Assembly (NCBI GenBank): GCA_048940645.1 | Contig: JBHLOI010000076.1 | Location: forward strand, 1 to 14,798 | Length of the DNA: 14,798 bases | Direction of reading: 5' to 3' | Origin: Promethearchaeota archaeon | Lineage (GTDB): Archaea > Asgardarchaeota > Lokiarchaeia > Sigyniarchaeales > SOKP01 | In this document: in pieces, positions 8,472 to 14,798 of the stretch | Layout of the letters: every line of letters begins with the position of its first letter | How positions within the stretch are numbered: position 1 is the stretch's first letter | Notes under the pieces: model-generated | The model's database searches: none | What the model saw: the letters and a program-made list of their open reading frames with translations, nothing else | Told to the model about the DNA's origin: nothing | Position numbers and translations under genes: made by a program

Positions 8472-9149
8472 CTATATTATCAACCCAGAGGTTTTTTTTT
8501 TCTCAATTCTTAGTAATTTTAATGTATCCAATAAGTATAATTTTTCTTCTATAATTTGAAAATTATGATCTTCCAATTTTTTTTCAAAATTTTTTAAAGG
8601 TCTCGTGGTTAATTGAGATTTTAAAAATGTTATTAACATAAGCGGTATCCTTATAAAAGAATAAATCACTTTTTTCACAAATTTCTTAGGTTTTACCTCA
8701 TCAACAAGAATAAATTCTCCATTATCCTTCAAAATTCGATAAATTTGATCTAAGCAAAAATCTTGTTCTTTCTCGTATAATTCACTAAATGTTAACATAG
8801 CACTTACCCTATCAAAAAAGTTATCTTTAAATACCTGATCCAAATTCACGATTGGCATCTTTTTAATCTTGATTTGTTCAGTTAAACCTTGATTTTTAAT
8901 ATTATTTTTAGCAACTTCTAGCATTTTTTCAGAATAGTCAATACCTATAACATCAACATTCTTTTTTGCGGCCAAAATTGCGAAAGTACCGGTGCCCATT
9001 CCGATATCTAAAAGCTTATCTCCTTCATTTAAGTAATTGGCAACAATATATTGTTTAATTTTAGGATATTTCCCTAAAGTAAGCGTTTTAATACCTTTGT
9101 TATATTTTTCAGCTTTACTTTCCAAAGATTTCATATATACATAAGACAT
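8472..9149 (-). CDS. Class I SAM methyltransferase (UbiE-like), resembling the corrinoid-protein-associated methyltransferase (CpaM-type)
   Basis: SAM motif LLDIGMGTG, GIDYSEKML and RILKDNGEF. N-terminus MSYVYMKSLES..YNKGIKTLTLG. Directly upstream of the HgcAB-like gene. ATG 9149 is preferred over TTG 9167. Confidence 0.85.
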   Translation of the reverse strand: MSYVYMKSLESKAEKYNKGIKTLTLGKYPKIKQYIVANYLNEGDKLLDIGMGTGTFAILAAKKNVDVIGIDYSEKMLEVAKNNIKNQGLTEQIKIKKMPIVNLDQVFKDNFFDRVSAMLTFSELYEKEQDFCLDQIYRILKDNGEFILVDEVKPKKFVKKVIYSFIRIPLMLITFLKSQLTTRPLKNFEKKLEDHNFQIIEEKLYLLDTLKLLRIEKKKTSGLII

Positions 9150-9302
9150 AATTAAATGTAATAGCAATTATAATTTATGATAGAGATTTTATAGCGTTTT
9201 TTCATCTATTTTCGTTTGCTATTATTCTATTCATTATAAATTTTAAGTTTTAAAATTGGACTATTGAAATTTCAAGTAGGATTATATATACCTTATCATA
9301 TA

Positions 9303-9320
9303 CCTAAATTATAATTTAGG
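9303..9320. promoter_or_regulatory. Perfect 18-bp palindrome CCTAAATTATAATTTAGG in the divergent intergenic region; candidate operator
   Basis: The sequence equals its own reverse complement and lies near the midpoint between the methyltransferase start and the nre start. Confidence 0.4.
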
Positions 9321-9493
9321 GCAACAGTAATGAAAAAGATTTGGATAATTCATAACTCTATGTATGGAAACTCTCTTTATAAAATTATAACCAAAATAAA
9401 ATATAACTATTAAAAATTTATACTCCTTTAGCCTTTTAATAATTAGAATCATTTATTATAATTAAAATACACTAAACTCTAAGCGATAGAAGA

Positions 9494-10825
9494 GTGGTTC
9501 GCCCTCCAACTGAAGGTAATATATGTCTCCGATGTAAAGGAGCAAGGTTATTATGTGGTAAAAAGACTTGCCCTATTCTTTTAAAGAAATCTGTCTTAAA
9601 ATCTATGGTACCATTTAAATTAGATTCTGCTATTAGAGATGTAGAGATTTTTGGCGCCAGTCCTCCTGGAGTATTTATTGGGCATTTTAATTATCCTAAT
9701 GTTTATATTGGACCTCTTGTTCCTTTTCAGGAATTTGATTTAAAATTGAATATTTCGGATAATTACATCCTTGATGCACCTGAACTTTGGTTTGGAAAAG
9801 AAATGGTCGATATTATTCGTTATAGAAGCAGTCTAGTACGCAACAATTTCAAAACAAATGTACGAGTAGGTCGCACAGGCAGAAAAAATACTCCACCTAT
9901 CAAAATTCAAAAGTTATTAGATGCCTCCCAAGAATTAGCTATGGCAGCAAGACCAGTAGATACTGAAACGAAGCTTGGAAAAATGAATTTTCGAATGTTG
10001 ATGGATAATCATGCTCCACCTATTGGACCTACTGGGATGACCGAAAAAATTGAAATCGCAGAAAACGTAAAGGTGCATCCAAAAGTAGATTATTGTGTAG
10101 CGGATACAGATCTGAAAGCTACTAACGCGATTTCTGAGTATTTATACTTCAATGGTCATGTTCCAGAATCGACAATTAGGAGGGTTTTTTCTGCAGGATT
10201 ACTCGGTCAAAAAAGTAGTAGAAGACTTGTACCAACGCGTTGGAGTATAACTGCTGTAGATGACATTATCTCGAAAGCATTAATTAAGGAAATTAAAAAA
10301 TATCCAGAAATCGATGATTTTCGAATTTTTGAAGCAACCTATTTAGATAATCATTTCAAGATTCTCCTCTTTCCCGGTAAGTTTATGTATGAAATGAACG
10401 AAGTTTGGGCTCCTAATACGTTATGGAATGTTTCTCTTAATGGAAGTAATCGCAGTTTGAAACCTCAGATAATGACTGATTTCGAATTTTACCGAGGGAG
10501 AAAAAACTATGCGAGCAACATAACTGGTGCCTATTATGCTGCCCGAAAATCGATTTGCGAATATCTTTACAATATTAAGCGACAAGCAAGGGTCTTAATT
10601 TTTAGAGAAGTTTCTGGAGGTTATGTTGTGCCTCTTGGTGTTTGGGTTATAAGAGAGACATGTAGAAATGCTATGTATACCAGTGAACCAATCATTCTGG
10701 ATAACTTTAATGATGCGATTACCAAAATGGCGGAAGGATTCATGGTAGATTTCAAATATTGGAAAAACAGTAGTAAATTAATAAATTTCATCAAAAAGCA
10801 GAGATCCATATATGAGTATTTATAG
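9494..10825 (+). CDS. nreA: Nre family archaeal DNA repair protein (PCNA-interacting)
   Basis: N-terminal CLRCKG.RLLCGKKTCP Zn motif, GASPPGVFIG..YPNV, RRLVPTRWSITAVD, GAYYAAR, PLGVWVIRE and C-terminal PIP-like QRSIYEYL. Confidence 0.92.
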   Translation: MVRPPTEGNICLRCKGARLLCGKKTCPILLKKSVLKSMVPFKLDSAIRDVEIFGASPPGVFIGHFNYPNVYIGPLVPFQEFDLKLNISDNYILDAPELWFGKEMVDIIRYRSSLVRNNFKTNVRVGRTGRKNTPPIKIQKLLDASQELAMAARPVDTETKLGKMNFRMLMDNHAPPIGPTGMTEKIEIAENVKVHPKVDYCVADTDLKATNAISEYLYFNGHVPESTIRRVFSAGLLGQKSSRRLVPTRWSITAVDDIISKALIKEIKKYPEIDDFRIFEATYLDNHFKILLFPGKFMYEMNEVWAPNTLWNVSLNGSNRSLKPQIMTDFEFYRGRKNYASNITGAYYAARKSICEYLYNIKRQARVLIFREVSGGYVVPLGVWVIRETCRNAMYTSEPIILDNFNDAITKMAEGFMVDFKYWKNSSKLINFIKKQRSIYEYL

Positions 10826-10890
10826 AATACTTCTTTTTTCTAATTAAAATATATACAAGTCTAAAACTCGAATAATTTAGTGGTAGGATC

Positions 10891-11748
10891 ATGATTATTG
10901 ATATGCATGTACACCCTTTTTGTAAGGAGGCTTATTGGGGAGATGATCTTGAATACGTTGCAAATCAATTACTAGGCACAAATAAAAAGGGACGTCGCGG
11001 TATGTATAAATTTTTTAAAGTGTTTCAATCCAAAATTTCAATTCATGATTATATTTCAACAATGGACAAATATCAAATAGAAAAAGCGGTAATTGTTTCG
11101 TTTAATTTAACATCCTCCTATGGGGTTTGTATTGTAACAAATGAAAATTTAGCTGATTTTGTATCAATGTATCCCAATCGATTTATCGGATTTGCTGGTA
11201 TAGACTTCCCTTCTCCAGATGCATTACAACAACTTGAATATGCAATAACGTCGCTTGGACTAAACGGAGTAAAAATAGTAGCTCCAGTACAAAAATTTGA
11301 TATTACTGAAAAGAAATTTGATACTATTTGGCAAAAAATGATTGATTTAAATGTACCCTTATGGACACATACCGCTGATCAAAAATTAGTAATCGGAGCT
11401 CAAACAAAATATGGTAATCCATTACTAGTTGATGAATTAGCAACTAGATATCAAGATTTGACAATAGTTATGGGCCATCTGGGCTTTCCTTGGTTTTGGG
11501 AAGCTTTTTCAGTAGTGAATAGACACCCCAATGTTTATATTGATGTATCTAATAGACCATTTATTTATAAATATTTTCCTTGGGATGCAATTAGTTCCAA
11601 TAATCTTGAACATAAAGTATTATATGCAAGTGATCATCCTAATATCAATTGGAATGAGACTATTCCTGCAGTTAAAACCTTGCCTATCTCAGACAACTTT
11701 AGGAGAAAAATTTTTTACGAAAATGCAAAGAATTTATTAAAAATCTAA
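10891..11748 (+). CDS. Amidohydrolase family protein (Amidohydro_2 type)
   Basis: Metal-site motifs IIDMHVH, GVKI, WTHT, MGHLG and LYASDHP, plus NAKNLL at the C-terminus. Confidence 0.88.
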   Translation: MIIDMHVHPFCKEAYWGDDLEYVANQLLGTNKKGRRGMYKFFKVFQSKISIHDYISTMDKYQIEKAVIVSFNLTSSYGVCIVTNENLADFVSMYPNRFIGFAGIDFPSPDALQQLEYAITSLGLNGVKIVAPVQKFDITEKKFDTIWQKMIDLNVPLWTHTADQKLVIGAQTKYGNPLLVDELATRYQDLTIVMGHLGFPWFWEAFSVVNRHPNVYIDVSNRPFIYKYFPWDAISSNNLEHKVLYASDHPNINWNETIPAVKTLPISDNFRRKIFYENAKNLLKI

Positions 11749-11773
11749 GGTAATAAACTAAGAGTAATTAATT

Positions 11774-12649
11774 ATGATTTGGAAAACCAGGATAAATCAA
11801 TTAACAGGAACACAATATCCATTAATAATGGCAGCATTTGCTCGAATAAGTACCATTGATTTTGCTGCGGCTTTTTCCAACGTAGGAGGACTAGGAATAA
11901 TTACAGCCCTAAATTTTAAGCTTGAAATTTTTAAGAAAGAGATACAAAGAATGCAATCATTAACAGATAAACCTTTTGGAGTTAATATTACGGTTGTTCC
12001 TCCTCAAGCAAGACTCTCAGAGAGATTTACTGAAGAAGATTATCTAAAATATGTTGAAGTAGCACTAAATGAAGGAGTAAGTATACTTACCACTTCAGCA
12101 TATCAAGCGCCATTCATAGGAAAGAGAGTACATGAAGCAGGGGGTTATTGGTTTCATAAATGTGCTTTAATTAGACATGCTATTTCCGCAGAGAAAGCTG
12201 GAGCAGATGCTATTACATTAACAGGCTTAGAAGCTGCAGGATTTAAAAATCCTTACCAACACTCAACATTGGTTAATTTAACAGTAGCTAGAAGAATATT
12301 AAATGTGCCAATCATTGCTGCAGGAGGCATAGGAGACGCGCGTGGATTTATAGGAGCATTAGCCATGGGAGCAGACGCTATTTGCTTGGGAACCGCTATC
12401 TTATTAACTAAAGAAAGCCCTCTTCCTCTCCACCTAAAGGAGGATTGGTTAAATACAGATATTTTACTAGAGGACTATTACAATAAATTATATCATTTCT
12501 CTTTAAAGGGAACACGCGTGCCATCACCTGCCACGGCATTTGTCACTAATGAAGTTTCTTTGAAAGATTTCATTAAAAGTTTAGTTATTGGGGCAGAAGA
12601 GGTTTTAAGATCCTGGGGTTTTGCAAAAGAAGAATTTAATTGTTTATAG
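11774..12649 (+). CDS. Nitronate monooxygenase/FabK-like FMN oxidoreductase
   Basis: Motifs GGLGII, TDKPFGVNI, AEKAGADAI and PIIAAGGIGDARG..ALAMGADAICLGT. Confidence 0.88.
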   Translation: MIWKTRINQLTGTQYPLIMAAFARISTIDFAAAFSNVGGLGIITALNFKLEIFKKEIQRMQSLTDKPFGVNITVVPPQARLSERFTEEDYLKYVEVALNEGVSILTTSAYQAPFIGKRVHEAGGYWFHKCALIRHAISAEKAGADAITLTGLEAAGFKNPYQHSTLVNLTVARRILNVPIIAAGGIGDARGFIGALAMGADAICLGTAILLTKESPLPLHLKEDWLNTDILLEDYYNKLYHFSLKGTRVPSPATAFVTNEVSLKDFIKSLVIGAEEVLRSWGFAKEEFNCL

Positions 12650-12790
12650 ACTAATTTTTCTATGACCGATTTTGAAAGAATAGCATAAAATCATTTCTTT
12701 GCTATATTGAAAATGTTTTTAAATTTATTTAATTTAAGAAGAATATTATCAAATTATAAGTAATGTCTATTTGGAATTAGAGGATAAATT

Positions 12791-14005
12791 ATGTCAGATA
12801 AACCTATAGTATATTGGGCCCCGCCAAATGAAATTAGCGCAATATCTTATGACAAAGAAAAAATGTTAACTAATAATTTAGTAAAAACGCGATTAATATT
12901 GGATAAAGTATTAGATCATATTAATTCTGGTGATAATGTAGGAGTAAAACTCCATTTTGGAGAAGCTCACAATACTCGTTACTTACGTCACGATTATATT
13001 CGCGAAGTTGTGGAAACTATTAAATCAAAAGGAGGAAATCCCATACTTATAGAAACTCAGGGTTTAGGGATGTTTCCCCAACAAATAAGCATTTTTGAAA
13101 ACTACTCGGTTTGTCTCGGACACCGGAAAACTAAAGCTGATCATGAAAAAATAGCACATCTTCATGGATTTTCAGAGTCAATAATTGGAGCTCCAATAAA
13201 ATTTATTGATGGTGAAAAAGGTATAGAAAGTAAAATTATTAAGATAGATGGAATTCATTTTAAAGAAGTTCCTGTAGCGGCAGGTCTTTTTGAATTTGAT
13301 AAAATTGTAGTAGCATCTCACTTTAAGGGACATCCACAGGCTGCTTTTGGGGGGGCATTAAAACAACTTGGAGTTGGGTGTGTAACTAAACAACACAAAT
13401 ATCTACTTCATTATATTGGTGATTTAAGTATAAATATGAAAAGATGTAATATATCTAAATGTTCTCGAGAATGTATTGAAGCATGCCCAGTAGGCGCAAT
13501 AAAAATTGAGAATGAATCTGCAGTACTAGACAATTCTTTATGTGTGTATTGTACAGCTTGTTTAGAAAGATGTCCTGTGAGAAAAGCGATAAATAGAACA
13601 TTTAATACTAACATAAATGAATTTAATATTATGGCGGAAAAAGTCATTGATAACGCCACAGCTGTTATTAATTCCTTTGGTCCAGAAAATATTCGATTTA
13701 TCAATTTTGCCTTTGATATACCTCTTATGTGCGATTGCGTAGTTAACGCTAATATGCCTATAATACCTGATCTTGGTATCTTTGGATCAGCAGACCCTGT
13801 AGCCATAGATAAGGCTTGCATTGATGCTGAAACTAATGCCCCCGGACTTCCAATCTTGAAAGCAGATGGTCAATGGACAGAACCAATTTCTATTGGGATT
13901 GAAAAAATTAACGCTTGGAGTAATTATCTTGATACTTCTTGGCAATTAGATGCTGCAGTTAAAAACAAACTTGGATCTGTTGAGTATGAATTAGTAAAAA
14001 TATAG
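12791..14005 (+). CDS. DUF362 family protein with inserted 2x[4Fe-4S] ferredoxin
   Basis: Motifs VGVKLHFGE, SHFKGH, GGALKQLG, CDC and DPVAIDKAC. Clusters CNISKCSRECIEACP and CVYCTACLERCP. Confidence 0.85.
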   Translation: MSDKPIVYWAPPNEISAISYDKEKMLTNNLVKTRLILDKVLDHINSGDNVGVKLHFGEAHNTRYLRHDYIREVVETIKSKGGNPILIETQGLGMFPQQISIFENYSVCLGHRKTKADHEKIAHLHGFSESIIGAPIKFIDGEKGIESKIIKIDGIHFKEVPVAAGLFEFDKIVVASHFKGHPQAAFGGALKQLGVGCVTKQHKYLLHYIGDLSINMKRCNISKCSRECIEACPVGAIKIENESAVLDNSLCVYCTACLERCPVRKAINRTFNTNINEFNIMAEKVIDNATAVINSFGPENIRFINFAFDIPLMCDCVVNANMPIIPDLGIFGSADPVAIDKACIDAETNAPGLPILKADGQWTEPISIGIEKINAWSNYLDTSWQLDAAVKNKLGSVEYELVKI

Positions 14006-14011
14006 AATAAT

Positions 14012-14028
14012 TCCATTCTTTTTTTTTT
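14012..14028 (+). terminator. Archaeal-type oligo-T terminator after the DUF362 gene
   Basis: A T-rich tract including a run of 11 T lies just after stop 14005. Confidence 0.45.
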
Positions 14029-14187
14029 AGTCTGAAAAATATAGGATAATATTTGGTAAATATTTCCAAAATAAAAATTATTGAATTTTAAAACTTTAAA
14101 TTGTATCAATTCAAATATATCATTTAAATATTAAACAAAAATAAAAAAAAATATTAAAAAACATTTAACAATTTGGTGATGAATTTT

Positions 14188-14798
14188 ATGGCTCTTGCGG
14201 GAGAAAAAGTAGGAATCCCTTCTGCCGAGGAAGCTCCAATGGTGGTAATGGCTCGATATAAACAGCCACTTGCGGGATTTCTATCAATTTTAATTGTTTT
14301 TATAATAAGCTGGTTAACATGGTTAATATTTTTCGATCCTCGTTGGCATAACCCTGTGCCATCATCAGATGTTCGTATGGAAGTAACAGCATGGGCAACT
14401 GTTATTGGTGGTTTTGGATTAATTGGAGTAGTTTGGGCAATTTGGTTTGAAAATTGGCCTTATTATAACTGGTTTCGCACTCCTTGGAAAGTGGGGCTAG
14501 TAGGTACTGCTATTAATGCTGTAATCATTATTATTTTTACTTTTGTACTTCTACCCTTCTTTAATTCAAAATATGGTAGTCAAATAACAGATCCATACAT
14601 AGTATGGTTTGTTGGGGCATCAATTTTTGGTGCTTTAAGTGGATCATGTTTTTCTTTTGGCGTCCTTTGGGTAGCTGGAACTATGTACTGGCCCTTTTTC
14701 AAAATAAAACAACCAAAGCGCGGAATAATCGTGTGGATTATTGGTAGTGCTATAATGATACTCGTATGGTTTTTACTCTTCTTTCCAGCAGGAAATCG
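14188..14798 (+). CDS. Polytopic Trp-rich membrane protein, probable transporter (runs off the window; absent from the ORF track)
   Basis: ATG 14188 has SD GGTGA at 14175-14179. The frame is open to the end: MALAGEKVG..RYKQPLAGFLSILIVFIISWLTWLIFFDPRW..WFENWPYY..MYWPFFKIKQPKRGIIVW.., with at least 5 TM helices. Confidence 0.8.
   Translation, partial: MALAGEKVGIPSAEEAPMVVMARYKQPLAGFLSILIVFIISWLTWLIFFDPRWHNPVPSSDVRMEVTAWATVIGGFGLIGVVWAIWFENWPYYNWFRTPWKVGLVGTAINAVIIIIFTFVLLPFFNSKYGSQITDPYIVWFVGASIFGALSGSCFSFGVLWVAGTMYWPFFKIKQPKRGIIVWIIGSAIMILVWFLLFFPAGN

Noticed and set aside
8472-9149. Arsenite methyltransferase ArsM
   Set aside because: The protein has only one Cys, whereas ArsM needs several conserved cysteines.
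9159-9224. 9-bp inverted repeat TAATAGCAA..TTGCTATTA upstream of the methyltransferase (cobalamin riboswitch?)
   Set aside because: No B12-box consensus, AT-rich with a long spacer; chance is likely.
10621-10809. 62-aa minus-strand ORF
   Set aside because: Antisense within nre.
11531-11740. 69-aa alternate-frame ORF
   Set aside because: Nested in the amidohydrolase gene, with no independent support.
13411-13821. 136-aa minus-strand ORF
   Set aside because: Antisense shadow of the DUF362 gene.
13924-14109. 61-aa minus-strand ORF
   Set aside because: Low-complexity AT-rich sequence overlapping the DUF362 end and its terminator.

Overview
This is an AT-rich archaeal chromosomal segment. A Lokiarchaeia/Asgard-like host is inferred from the archaeal Nre gene, GGTGA-type ribosome-binding sites and composition; this is not proven. 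Gene order: the end of an upstream CDS, corA, two tandem MscS-like genes, a gamma-carbonic-anhydrase-like protein, an O-methyltransferase, a membrane metal-dependent hydrolase, an NTF2/SnoaL protein, a Nif3-family protein, a two-gene minus-strand module (SAM methyltransferase plus fused HgcAB-like corrinoid/ferredoxin protein), Nre DNA-repair protein, amidohydrolase, NMO/FabK-like flavoprotein, DUF362 Fe-S protein and a truncated Trp-rich membrane protein. The main point of interest is the methyltransferase-HgcAB-like module. It has a variant cap helix (NVWCGACG) and an A10 tract at the gene junction where one extra base or a -1 shift would fuse both genes into a ~590-aa protein. Two genes also appear to start at ATA codons behind good SD motifs. 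No RNA genes, CRISPR arrays or mobile elements were seen.
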